Assembly (NCBI GenBank): GCA_963665115.1
Contig: OY762007.1
Span: forward strand, 8,192,001 to 8,256,000
Direction of reading: 5' to 3'
Origin: an uncultured Rivularia sp.
GTDB taxonomy: Bacteria; Cyanobacteriota; Cyanobacteriia; Cyanobacteriales; Nostocaceae
Length of the DNA: 64,000 nucleotides
The first letter of the stretch is position 1; each line of letters starts with the position of its first letter. The translations under genes and the position numbers were made by a program. Shown here piece after piece: positions 42,782 through 53,657 of this stretch. The notes under the pieces are model-generated. The model had not been told where the DNA came from and ran no database searches. It was given only the letters and a program-made list of their open reading frames with translations.

Positions 42782-42964
42782 TTAGTCAATTGCTTTTTTT
42801 ACTTTGTCTTTTGCATTTTCAACGGTTTGACGAGCTTCAGCTTCACCTTGCTTCGCTTTACCTGCTGCTTGATCTTCAGGATCTCCGGTAACGTTGCCCA
42901 TTGCTTCTTGAGCTTTACCTTCAACATTTTTAGCCGCAGCTTTTGCTTTATCTTCAGCGCTCAT
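42782..42964 (-). CDS. csbD: CsbD family general stress protein
   Basis: KNVEGKAQEAMGNVTGD...GKAKQ; AAGGAG Shine-Dalgarno. Confidence 0.93.
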   Translation of the reverse strand: MSAEDKAKAAAKNVEGKAQEAMGNVTGDPEDQAAGKAKQGEAEARQTVENAKDKVKKAID

Positions 42965-43168
42965 AATTGACTCCTTTAATTGATTTATAATTAACCAGTA
43001 ATTTGGTTATGTTATTTCTTCGTTTCTTTCTTACTTCATATATTAGCTATTAACTCTTGGTGATTCCTCTATCATGAGAAACTTTTTTAGACAGTTATCT
43101 ATATCCTTTTATATAGTTAATTGGGATGAAGTAAAGAGTAAAGAGTAAAGAGTTAGGAGTTAGGAGTT

Positions 43169-43206
<38 letters not shown>

Positions 43207-43239
43207 AGTTAGGAATAAAGAGTTGGTAACTGCTCACTG

Positions 43240-43299
43240 TATGTCCCGAAAGGGACACGCAATACAAATAGGTACGCTTCGCTAGCCGCTAACGCTAAC
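43240..43299. mobile_element. Nested small dispersed repeats inside an ACTGCTC STRR
   Basis: TATGTCCCGAAAGGGACACGC...CGCTAAC; the same core occurs at ~7216 and ~62377-62405. Confidence 0.6.
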
Positions 43300-43310
43300 A
43301 CTGCTCACTG

Positions 43311-44121
<811 letters not shown>

Positions 44122-44272
44122 AAATTTTTGTATACAGATTTAACCCTGCAATAAATGCTTAGCCCAAGTTCAAAATAAACTGTATTTATCGAAGTGCAAT
44201 CAATCAATAGGTTGAGTTTTCAGTAAGCAACGAGCAGCAATTAGTGAACAGTCACGAATAATTCTTAACTCT

Positions 44273-45283
44273 CTAAACTACTTTCAAAACACCAAACACC
44301 ATTACAGCAAGATAAACTACATATGCGCCATTGAGGATCAAAACTTCTTTGAGAGAAAAGCTGTAGTTTGGTTTCCCCAAATAAAGAAACGCTGCATACA
44401 TCAGTCCTAGCAAAGCCACGAATGCTAGATTAACTGAGTAAAGCAGTAAATTCTCAACGGGTAAGGTGACAAGAGCTAAAGGAAAGAAAGCAAGAGTCAT
44501 TGTTGCTGTATTATCCGCAATGACGCTGGTGGTAGCTGCTGTTAGTTGCCCGCTACTGGCAACGCTCCAAGTTGCGAATACTTCAGGCACAATACTTAAT
44601 GTTGCTGTTATAAATAAACCACCAATAATTCTAGAAATTCCTAAATTAGAAACTATTTTTTCAGTTGCAGTTACGGTAAAATAAGCTCCGAAAATCAGTA
44701 AGATAATTCCAATTACGGCGGTAACTATTTCTTTGCGATTCCATTCAACTCGTTCGCTTTGCTGACGTTTACGCAATATTGCATTACCTAAATAAATGAC
44801 ATAAGCTGCCAACATTACCCAAGCGTCGATGGGTTGCAAACCTCGCCAAGCTTTCGGTAGGGTGAGTAATGCTGCTAAAGCAACGATTAATAAATAAGGA
44901 ATTGCCTGTACGTATAATGCTTCCGATTTGACTTTTAGAGCTTTGGAGGATGTTGAATTATTATTGTTACTTTTATTTCGATATTTTCCCCGATTGCGCC
45001 GTCGTGAGGCGATATAAGCAACTGTCACAATGGCAGGAACAGAAATAATATTGCTTCCTAATAAATTACCTAATCCGATATCGGAAAAACCACGAATGGC
45101 ACTGGTTGTATTGGTACCTATTTCGGGACTTGCTGTGGCAAAAGCCACAAAAGCCGCACCCGCAGCTTCGGAAAGTCCCCACTGTTGCCTTAGTTTCTGT
45201 AAAGGCTCGGCAATTTTATCTGCTCCCCAATGGGCTGCATATACGGAAGCAAGAAGCAGAAGTACCCAAGGTAATATAGACAT
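44273..45283 (-). CDS. Na+/Ca2+ exchanger (CaCA) family membrane protein
   Basis: Two alpha repeats: ATASPE...GNLLGSNI and SIVPE...ADN. Confidence 0.85.
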   Translation of the reverse strand: MSILPWVLLLLASVYAAHWGADKIAEPLQKLRQQWGLSEAAGAAFVAFATASPEIGTNTTSAIRGFSDIGLGNLLGSNIISVPAIVTVAYIASRRRNRGKYRNKSNNNNSTSSKALKVKSEALYVQAIPYLLIVALAALLTLPKAWRGLQPIDAWVMLAAYVIYLGNAILRKRQQSERVEWNRKEIVTAVIGIILLIFGAYFTVTATEKIVSNLGISRIIGGLFITATLSIVPEVFATWSVASSGQLTAATTSVIADNTATMTLAFFPLALVTLPVENLLLYSVNLAFVALLGLMYAAFLYLGKPNYSFSLKEVLILNGAYVVYLAVMVFGVLKVV

Positions 45284-45402
45284 TTTATTATTTGAAATTA
45301 AAATAATAATTATCTAATAGCTACCTTAATTTCAGATTAAATAACAAAAATAATATACAGTTAGATTTAATTTTAATTTTTAGTATATATACAAGCAACA
45401 AA

Positions 45403-45645
45403 TTACTTGCGATAAACGGAACCAAATAAATAATCTAGTTCGTTGGCTTGCTTAACCTGTTCCAAGGCACGAAAACTAATAAGATCGCCAATATTGAGGA
45501 TAATATTGCCCTGCTTATCGCAAATAACTCTTTTAACCGGATGACCTAATATACTTTTAATTTTTTTCTCTTCGCAAAAATTATTCTTGTTACTATCATT
45601 TTGGCTAATTTTAGGTGTATTCCTATTGCTTACCATAACTAACAT
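45403..45645 (-). CDS. Small protein resembling the C-terminal repeat of cyanobacterial PRC-barrel proteins
   Basis: LGHPVKRVICDKQGNIILNIGDLIS...SVYRK. Confidence 0.55.
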   Translation of the reverse strand: MLVMVSNRNTPKISQNDSNKNNFCEEKKIKSILGHPVKRVICDKQGNIILNIGDLISFRALEQVKQANELDYLFGSVYRK

Positions 45646-45949
45646 TTTTTTATCCCGGACGCTTTCTTACATAATTTAAATTCGTTCTTCTCCTATTATT
45701 CTCTTTTATCAGGTCAAATCTGAATCATAGAGAAGCTTACTTTATTTATAAGAGAATTGATCGTTATTTCCATCACTCTACGGTTGCATTCATGCTCTAT
45801 TGAAAGATTAACCATGACATCTTCCTCAAGATAAATCCGTTTTTGCTTTTAATTTAAATATAAATAAATTGTTATATTTTTATATTCTGTAACAAAACTT
45901 TCATTTAGCGCTGATTTTAGAATTAATAGGAATATAAATCAATTTTGGC

Positions 45950-46101
45950 TATAGCCGTACTTGGTATGAGGAACATGGTATAGGGAACAGATAAAGAAGA
46001 CTGTATCAGTTAATTCTGTTGTCATTAAAGCCTATAACGCTTGCGTAAAAGTTATTTCAGATTTTTGCGCCCAAATTTTGGCATCTCTTTATACGGCTAT
46101 A
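45950..46101. mobile_element. MITE with TATAGCCGTA TIRs
   Basis: TATAGCCGTA (45950-45959) and TACGGCTATA (46092-46101). Confidence 0.6.
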
Positions 46102-46228
46102 ACTATAGTTTTTGTATATATGGAACAATATTAGAGTCAGCGCACAGATGCCAACTGTATTACATAACTTTGGCATATAGGAAAAAATAGTTAAAAATAT
46201 AAATGTCTATTTGATGTTTTAGTCACAA

Positions 46229-49042
46229 ATGCTTTTAATTTCGGCGATTTTTCTAGCGACTACTTCTCTAATGCCTCACGGTACCTGCTATCTATGGAAA
46301 CCTGGTTTGGTGGGACTGCATTTGGTAAGCGACGCTGTGATTGCTTTATCTTATTTTTCTATTCCCATAATTCTGATATATATTCTTCGCAAACGAGCCG
46401 ATATTCCTTTTGACGAGATTTTCTGGCTGTTTGCTGCTTTTATTGTTTTTTGCGGTACGGGGGGACACTTGATAGATATCTGGACTTTATGGCATCCGGA
46501 TTATTGGATTTCGGGATATATCAGAGCGATTACTGCTTTAGTTTCGTTTTTAACCGCAATTGCTTTAACTTATTTAATTCCACAAATATTAGCTTTACCA
46601 ACTCCCGAGAAACTGCAAGAAGAAATTCAAGATAAAAGGCAAAAGGAACAGTTTTTACGCAGTATTTACGAAGGAGTGACAGAAGCAATTTGTGTGGTTA
46701 ATGCTACAACAGAAGGTGACTTTATTTATGAAAGTATTAACCCAGTTTATGAAAAACTAGTGGGGATTACTTCAAAGCAAATTGAAGGCAAAACTCCCGA
46801 ACAAGTCCTCTCTAATGACTTAAGTAAGTCGGTTCTAAAACGCTACAATCATTGCTTGTCAGTTGGGGAAAGCGTTACTTATGAAGAATGCTTAAAATTT
46901 AATGATAAACAAGAATGTTCTTGGTGCTTAACCAGCTTAAAGCCTTTGTTCAACGAAGCAGGTAAAATTTATCGGATTATCGGTACCAGCATTAATATTA
47001 CCGAAAGAAAGCAAGCAGAAGCGCAGTTGCAAAAAAGTGAAGAACGTTGGGATCTAGCTTTGCAGGGTACGGGAGACGGTATCTTCGATTGGAATCTTGA
47101 GAAGAATGAAGCTTTTTTCTCTATGCAATATAAAGAGATGTTAGGTTATACCGATTCGGAAGTAGAAAATAGCTATCAAGGATGGCGAAATCTGGTTCAT
47201 CCAGAAGATATTGACTCAGCCGAAGCAACTTGGAAAGCTTACATAAATCATCAAATTTCGCAGTATGGTGTTGAATTTCGTTTGCGTTGCAAAGATGGCA
47301 TCTATAAGTGGATTTTAGCTCGCGGCATGGCTCAATGGAATCAAGATGGGGAAGCAATTCGTATGGTTGGCTCCCACCAAGATATAAGTGGGCGTAAAGC
47401 AGCAGAAGCAGAAATTATTCGCTTAAATCAACAGTTGGAAGCCAGGGTAAAACGACGCACGACGCAGTTGGAGGAATCAAATAGACATAAAGATGAGCTA
47501 ATTGAAAGCGAACAATTAGCAAGGTCAGAAATAAAGATTTATGAAGATATCGTTGAAAATCTTCAAATTGGATTGTGTATTTGGCAAATGGACGATCTTG
47601 ATGATATCAGCAGTTTTCGGTTAACAACTATCAATCCTGCTGCATCGCAAATGCTGGGTGTAGATATTCAAGATTATATAGATAAACCCATAGAAGAATG
47701 TTTTCCCAACCTATTAAATGCGGAACATATCGCCATCGTAGAAGCTTACGCCGAGGTAGTTAAATTCAAACAAGTTAAAGATTTAGGGGAATTTTCTTAC
47801 GGTGACGATCGCATTCCTACCTCCTGGTTTGAAGTAACGGCTTTTCCTTTACCGGATAACTTGATGGGCGTTGCTTTTAACAACATGGGGGAACGCAAGC
47901 GGATGGAAACTGCTTTAGCGGAAAGCGAGCGTTTGTATCGTAATGTAGTTAATAGCGTTAAAGAAGTCGTTTTTCAGATAGCGAAAACAGGCATTTGGAC
48001 GTTTTTAAGTGCTGCTTGGGCTGATATTACTGGGTATGACATAGAAGATAGTTTGCTCAAATCATTTACAAATTTTATGTTTGCCGAAGAAGAGAAACTC
48101 AAGGGCAGAGAGTTATTTGAAACGGCTATTTCAGGTGAAGCAGAAAATTTTCAATATGAATTTCGCATTCTTACCAAAAATGGCAATTTCCGTTGGCTGG
48201 AAATGTACGCTCAAATCGAACATAATTCTGATGGTGAAACCCTTGGGGTTTACGGTACTCTCAATGATGTTACCCAACGCAAGCAAACAGAAGCTGTTTT
48301 ACAAGCAAGAGCTGATGAATTAGCTCAAATTAATTTAATCCTGTTGCAAACCACCACAGAGTTAGAAAAACGCAACAAAGAATTAGATCAGTTCGCTTAC
48401 GTTACCTCTCACGATTTGAAAGCACCTTTAAGAGCGATCGCCAATTTATCGGAATGGATCGAGGAGGATTTGCATGAAGCGTTAACCGCCGATACGCAAA
48501 AGCAAATGAATTTGTTACGCGGTAGAGTATATCGCATGGAAGCTTTAATAAACGGACTTCTAGAATATTCCCGTGTCGGAAGAATGAAAACTCAACCAGA
48601 AACGGTTGTGGTTGCCCAACTTTTAGCAGAAATAATTGACTCAATTGCTCCACCAGAGGAATTTACTATCAATATTGTTGGGCAAATGCCTACTTTGGTT
48701 ACTGAAAGAATACCTCTACAACAGGTTTTTAGTAATTTAATTAGTAATGCTGTCAAACACCACAATCGTTCGGATGGTAAGGTGGTAATTACTGTTAAAG
48801 AACTAGATGAATTCTACCAATTTACCGTTGCAGATGATGGTAAAGGCATTGCAGAACAATATCACGATAAAATTTTTGTCATATTCCAAACTTTAGAAGC
48901 GCGGGATAAGCGAGAAAATACTGGTATCGGTCTTGCTATAGTTAAAAGAATAGTTGAAGAAACTGGAGGAACGATTATATTAGAATCTCAAGTAGGGAAA
49001 GGTACAACTTTCCGGTTTAGCTGGCCCAAGAAAAGTATATGA
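46229..49042 (+). CDS. Histidine kinase with ethylene-receptor-like (ETR1-type) TM sensor, four PAS domains and Cph1-type HisKA
   Basis: SDAVIALSYFSIP...FIVFCGTGGH, PAS/PAC repeats, TSHDLKAPLRAI, NTGIGL. Confidence 0.9.
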   Translation: MLLISAIFLATTSLMPHGTCYLWKPGLVGLHLVSDAVIALSYFSIPIILIYILRKRADIPFDEIFWLFAAFIVFCGTGGHLIDIWTLWHPDYWISGYIRAITALVSFLTAIALTYLIPQILALPTPEKLQEEIQDKRQKEQFLRSIYEGVTEAICVVNATTEGDFIYESINPVYEKLVGITSKQIEGKTPEQVLSNDLSKSVLKRYNHCLSVGESVTYEECLKFNDKQECSWCLTSLKPLFNEAGKIYRIIGTSINITERKQAEAQLQKSEERWDLALQGTGDGIFDWNLEKNEAFFSMQYKEMLGYTDSEVENSYQGWRNLVHPEDIDSAEATWKAYINHQISQYGVEFRLRCKDGIYKWILARGMAQWNQDGEAIRMVGSHQDISGRKAAEAEIIRLNQQLEARVKRRTTQLEESNRHKDELIESEQLARSEIKIYEDIVENLQIGLCIWQMDDLDDISSFRLTTINPAASQMLGVDIQDYIDKPIEECFPNLLNAEHIAIVEAYAEVVKFKQVKDLGEFSYGDDRIPTSWFEVTAFPLPDNLMGVAFNNMGERKRMETALAESERLYRNVVNSVKEVVFQIAKTGIWTFLSAAWADITGYDIEDSLLKSFTNFMFAEEEKLKGRELFETAISGEAENFQYEFRILTKNGNFRWLEMYAQIEHNSDGETLGVYGTLNDVTQRKQTEAVLQARADELAQINLILLQTTTELEKRNKELDQFAYVTSHDLKAPLRAIANLSEWIEEDLHEALTADTQKQMNLLRGRVYRMEALINGLLEYSRVGRMKTQPETVVVAQLLAEIIDSIAPPEEFTINIVGQMPTLVTERIPLQQVFSNLISNAVKHHNRSDGKVVITVKELDEFYQFTVADDGKGIAEQYHDKIFVIFQTLEARDKRENTGIGLAIVKRIVEETGGTIILESQVGKGTTFRFSWPKKSI

Positions 49043-49426
49043 ATGCAAGGAGGAACTCTTAATATCTTAATAGGGAAGATGAAACATTGATAAATTATAC
49101 ATCTTTAGTAGTAATGCTCAGATATCGGCAAGAAGATTTACCAAACTTCTTTCTTATACAAAGACTACTGCAATCTATAAATAACCTTATTTGTAGTACG
49201 CCGTTTTTCCTTTTTTTGTCTGCTCCCCACAAAGAGTTTACTAACAGCAACCAAACCTGATTTCCATATCTATTCCTCAAGAGTGGCATAAAATACTATT
49301 TAATTACGACTATTAGACGGTTAAATAAAAAGATAAATTGAGTATCTTATTAGTATCTCAAAATGCGATCGAATAATTAGAATTTATTCCAAACCCAAAT
49401 GAAACATAAATTTATTTAAATTATCG

Positions 49427-49870
49427 TTGGAAGGGACAATGGAGGAAAAAACTTTAAATGTGCTGCTTGTTGAAGATGATGAAGTAGATGTTATGAACGT
49501 CAAAAGAGCGTTTAGAATAAATAATATCACAAATCCACTTTACGTTGCTTTCGATGGATTGGAAGCCTTAAAAATGTTACGGGGCAAAAATGGCAGTTCT
49601 CCACAAATTCCTAAACAGCGGAGAATCATTTTGTTAGATCTGAATATGCCTAAAATGGGAGGATTAGAGTTTCTTCAGGAGTTGAGAGCAGATGCCAATC
49701 TGAAGCCAATACCAGTAATTATACTGACAACTTCCGATGAAGATAAAGATAGAATCGAAGCTTATAATTTAAATGTCGCAGGATATTTATTAAAACCAGT
49801 CAAATTTTCTCAATTCGCCGAAGCAATGAGTACTTTAAATAAGTATTGGTCTTTATGCGAAATACCTTGA
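49427..49870 (+). CDS. Single-domain response regulator, Rcp1-like (paralog of 34586-35050)
   Basis: LLVEDDEVDVMNVKRAF...LLDLNMPKMGG...AGYLLKP. Confidence 0.93.
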   Translation: MEGTMEEKTLNVLLVEDDEVDVMNVKRAFRINNITNPLYVAFDGLEALKMLRGKNGSSPQIPKQRRIILLDLNMPKMGGLEFLQELRADANLKPIPVIILTTSDEDKDRIEAYNLNVAGYLLKPVKFSQFAEAMSTLNKYWSLCEIP

Positions 49871-50187
49871 ATAGCATAAATACCATAGTTGATAAAATTT
49901 AAGAAAAACACAAAAAGATATAGAATATATTTAGTTTTATTCTATTTTGGACGCAAATATCTATTTGTGACTCAAAAGGGTAGAATTTTATTTATGATTT
50001 ATTGTAATATTCTCATTGTATCAGCTTCAATAGTTTCTTTCCTTTTTTAAGTAGGCAAAGGATTATTAACCTGACAAAAAGCGAGTTACGAGCCAATTCA
50101 TCCACTTAAAGTGTTAGCTTAGCTGCTGGAGGAAAGTCTCGTCGTGCTGAAGTTGAATATATAAATCGATTATGCACGGAGCAGACT

Positions 50188-50616
50188 ATGCAAATGGAAC
50201 TTCATGAATCTGGCAAGCAGCAGCATACTTCCGAACTTCCTCTTATCTTAGCAGTTGAAGACAACGAAGATAATCTATTGATAATTAATTACGTGGTTGA
50301 TTCTTTAAACTGTAGATTTATTGGCGAAGCGGATGGAAAAAGAACTTTGCTAATTGCACGAGAATCCCAGCCTAATTTAATCTTACTAGATATTATGTTG
50401 CCAGAGACTAATGGTATAGACTTGTTTCGTGGTTTGAAGCAAGATAGCTCTACAAGCCATATACCTGTCATTGCAGTGACGGCGTTAGCAAGGGCTGAAG
50501 AAAAGAAGCATATCTTAGAAGCTGGTTTTGATGCTTATATCAGCAAGCCTTATATGCTTGAAGAAATAGAAGAATTGATTTGCAGCTATCTTAATTTGAA
50601 ACAGAATCCTCAGTAA
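50188..50616 (+). CDS. Single-domain response regulator (DivK-like)
   Basis: AVEDNEDN, LLDIMLP, IPVIAVTA, YISKP. Confidence 0.92.
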   Translation: MQMELHESGKQQHTSELPLILAVEDNEDNLLIINYVVDSLNCRFIGEADGKRTLLIARESQPNLILLDIMLPETNGIDLFRGLKQDSSTSHIPVIAVTALARAEEKKHILEAGFDAYISKPYMLEEIEELICSYLNLKQNPQ

Positions 50617-50998
50617 ATTGTGCTTCTTTAGTAGAAGTCAACTTATACTTATCGACAAATAAAGCAATAATACTCACGTAATTTGTATCAAGATGAGTTG
50701 CGAAAAGAATATTGCTTACTTGAGAATTTGTAACTTCCTCAATTATTTTTTGAAACTCGGGTCGCAAAATTTTTTCTATACTACTTCTTGCTTTTTCAAC
50801 TATTTCATGATAGCCCGCTGCTATTAAAAGTTTCTCCGGTTTTGTAATCGCATTTTCGATCACAATAGTTAATTTGTTATCTAACAAACGACAATAAATG
50901 TCTTCAGGTTGATGTCCTAACTTATTTATATATAAAGACAGGATGCGTTCAACCAAGACTTGTTCTAAATTGTCAGAATGTGAAATTTCAGAATACAT
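50591..50998 (-). CDS. DUF2294 (MpsC-like) protein
   Basis: LYINKLGHQP...IENAITKPEKLL. Confidence 0.8.
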   Translation of the reverse strand: MYSEISHSDNLEQVLVERILSLYINKLGHQPEDIYCRLLDNKLTIVIENAITKPEKLLIAAGYHEIVEKARSSIEKILRPEFQKIIEEVTNSQVSNILFATHLDTNYVSIIALFVDKYKLTSTKEAQFTEDSVSN

Positions 50999-51131
50999 GA
51001 TGAATACCTATTAACAACAGCGAGAACTCATTAATTTTATTCGATCGATAAAAATTATTTAATTAATTTAATGCTTGAAAGAAAGTTATAATCTTCCTAT
51101 AAATATTTTTTCCTAGCAATAATTATTAAAA

Positions 51132-51569
51132 TTATTCATTTGTAGAATGATTTCCATTCTTACCATTTGATCCTTTTGGTTTCGCTTTAGGAATGGCATC
51201 TGGATTACGAACTTCCGGGGTATTTGATAACACAACAACAATACCGCTTCTACCAGTTTTTAAAGTCGCATCACCCATCAAATCTACTACTTTAACTTCT
51301 AAAACTTCCTCTATTAACGCTTTGAGTTTGGGTTCTATGGCATCATCCAAGCCAGAGCGTACTTGTTCTGCTAATTCCTCTTGTCCTTGATTTACTAATA
51401 ATTGCTCTGCTGGAGTAATTGAGTCTTCCATAACAATCGCTAAAGAATCATCGAATAGTTGACAAGTAACTTTCGTTGGTCTGTGTCCTAACTGATTGGA
51501 ATACAAACCTTGAATGCGTTGCGAAAGTTCTCTTTCTCTTTGTCCGCGAGTTGGAATGGATGTTTTCAT
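51132..51569 (-). CDS. DUF2294 (MpsC-like) protein
   Basis: PTRGQRERELSQRIQGLYSNQLGHRP...EDSITPAEQLL...DATLKTGRSG. Confidence 0.87.
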   Translation of the reverse strand: MKTSIPTRGQRERELSQRIQGLYSNQLGHRPTKVTCQLFDDSLAIVMEDSITPAEQLLVNQGQEELAEQVRSGLDDAIEPKLKALIEEVLEVKVVDLMGDATLKTGRSGIVVVLSNTPEVRNPDAIPKAKPKGSNGKNGNHSTNE

Positions 51570-51877
51570 AATGTTTTCCAGCTAAGTGTTGACCGCAATC
51601 GATAAGTCACTATTAAGACTTAGGACAGAAAATGCACTCATGCTATCTGCAATTTTATTTCTCGGTAAAGCAAACACTCAGGTAAGCTAAACATCTCAAA
51701 ATAAATTGAGTTATCAAAAGCAGTGATATTTGATTTGCTTGCAGCCCGTATCTAAGAATCACTTAATAGAATACAGCTTAGAGAACTTGAAAACAGCATT
51801 CGAGTGACAGATATTAAGGAATTCTAAGTTAACCCTTTAGATGTAAATTTGTATGAACGAATAATAATTCCCTATGC

Positions 51878-52390
51878 TTATTGAATGACTAGGATAGCGC
51901 AAGGTGCATCATGCAGTACGGTATTGCTGACGCTGCCTAACAAAGCTTCCGCAATCCCGTTGTGTCCCTTACGACCCAAGACGATCAAATCTACGTTCAA
52001 ATCTTGAGCAATTTGGCAAATTTGGGAGCCGATATTTTCCGTACCTTGATAACATTTAGATTCAACCCGAACACCTTGTGAGGAAGCTTGTTTTTGATAC
52101 AGTGCTAAATGTTTTTCAACCTGTTGATGCTTAGTTATATTCGCATCTTGAATTAAGTCTATGTTGACCATTGCTGGAGACATACTACTTGCTCCGGGGA
52201 TTCCAGATAAACCCATACCGCCGCTATCCATAGCTGTTTGAGACATCATTGCCATTTCTGTTAGGTCAGATAGACAATGAATTAAGGTTACTTGCGCTCC
52301 GATATTTTTAGCTAAACTTAATGCTTCAGAAAACACCGATTCATCTCTAGGTGAAAGTTCCAAAGCTACGAGAACATGAGTGAAAGTCAT
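51878..52390 (-). CDS. Universal stress protein (UspA family)
   Basis: DLIVLGRKGHNG...LLGSVSNTVLHDAPCAILVI. Confidence 0.93.
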   Translation of the reverse strand: MTFTHVLVALELSPRDESVFSEALSLAKNIGAQVTLIHCLSDLTEMAMMSQTAMDSGGMGLSGIPGASSMSPAMVNIDLIQDANITKHQQVEKHLALYQKQASSQGVRVESKCYQGTENIGSQICQIAQDLNVDLIVLGRKGHNGIAEALLGSVSNTVLHDAPCAILVIQ

Positions 52391-52699
52391 TATTTTTTTA
52401 GATTTTAGAGTTATAAATTTTGAGAACTATAGATCTGTGTGAGCGCAAGATTTTTTAATTCACTTGTAATATAGATAGAGTAATAAAATAAGACAACCAT
52501 CTATATACAGAAGTAAACAGTAAATCGTTCATTCTAAAGATAGAATTTAATATCTATCCGATTGATTGTTTTATGATAAAAAATATAACTAATAGATTAA
52601 CTAAAATGATTCGTTAGACAGAATAGAGATAGCACTCTGGCTCTTAAAATATAATTTCTATAGAATTTTAATTGTTAAACAGACTTTCTTAGAAATAAT

Positions 52700-53632
52700 A
52701 TGACATCAGAATATAAAAGAGCAGTCGGCGTTTTTACTACTCGTAAAGATGCAGAAAGCGCATTAGAGGATTTAAAAAATTCCAACTTTGCAATGGATAA
52801 AGTTTCTGTCATTGCAAGACAACCTGAAGAAAGCGAAGAGGTTGCAGGTGTTGAGGTTAAAGAAAACGTAGGCAATAAAGCTGACGAAGGAGCCACAACT
52901 GGAGCAGTTGCAGGTGGTGCGTTAGGGGGAGTTACCGGCTTGTTAGTCGGTTTGGGAATGTTAGCAATACCCGGTGTTGGCCCGATTATGCTAGCCGGTG
53001 CAGAAGCAACTGCCATCGCAACTACATTAGCAGGAGGAGCAATCGGTGCTGCAAGCGGTGGATTAGTCGGTGCCCTAGCTGGTTTGGGAATTCCCGAAGA
53101 ACGAGCAAAAGTTTACAACGAACTTGTTTCAAAAGGAAGCTATTTAGTAGTTGTTAAAGGTACGGAAGCAGAAATAGCCCAAGCTCAAGATGTTTTGAGT
53201 CGCAACGGTATCCAAGAATGGGGTATTTACGATATTCCCACTTCTCCAGCAGATCAAACAGAGGGTAAAGTCTTAGGTAACTATAAATATATAGTTGGTG
53301 TATATAGAATGCGTCACAATCTTAAAGACGCAATTAGTGCCATAAGAGATACTAACTTTCCCATGACGCAAATATACGTAGTAGAAAAAAATCCTCCTCC
53401 GTTTGCAACTATTAGTTCAATAGACGTAAAACCCAGCTTAGAAAACTATGCAGGTTTAGGAATATCTGAAGAAAGAGCCAGACATTACGAGCAATTATTA
53501 GAAAGAGGCAATTATTTAATAGTAATGAGCGGAACCGACGATGAAATTAATCCAGTGAAATCAGTTTTACAAGAACAAGGAATTGAAGACCTAAGTATTC
53601 ATGATCCTGCCGCGATTTCAGTTAATAGTTAA
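52700..53632 (+). CDS. General stress protein (YflT/17M-like, glycine-zipper membrane region, duplicated soluble domain)
   Basis: KRAVGVF, GATTGAVAGGALGG, GLGIPEERAKVY repeated as GLGISEERARHY. Confidence 0.8.
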   Translation: MTSEYKRAVGVFTTRKDAESALEDLKNSNFAMDKVSVIARQPEESEEVAGVEVKENVGNKADEGATTGAVAGGALGGVTGLLVGLGMLAIPGVGPIMLAGAEATAIATTLAGGAIGAASGGLVGALAGLGIPEERAKVYNELVSKGSYLVVVKGTEAEIAQAQDVLSRNGIQEWGIYDIPTSPADQTEGKVLGNYKYIVGVYRMRHNLKDAISAIRDTNFPMTQIYVVEKNPPPFATISSIDVKPSLENYAGLGISEERARHYEQLLERGNYLIVMSGTDDEINPVKSVLQEQGIEDLSIHDPAAISVNS

Positions 53633-53657
53633 CAGTAAAGGCTTTACCCATCACCCA

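Noticed and set aside
52675..53016. Antisense 113-aa ORF (and other antisense ORFs such as 27235, 37403, 57228)
   Set aside because: Shadow frames opposite well-supported genes.
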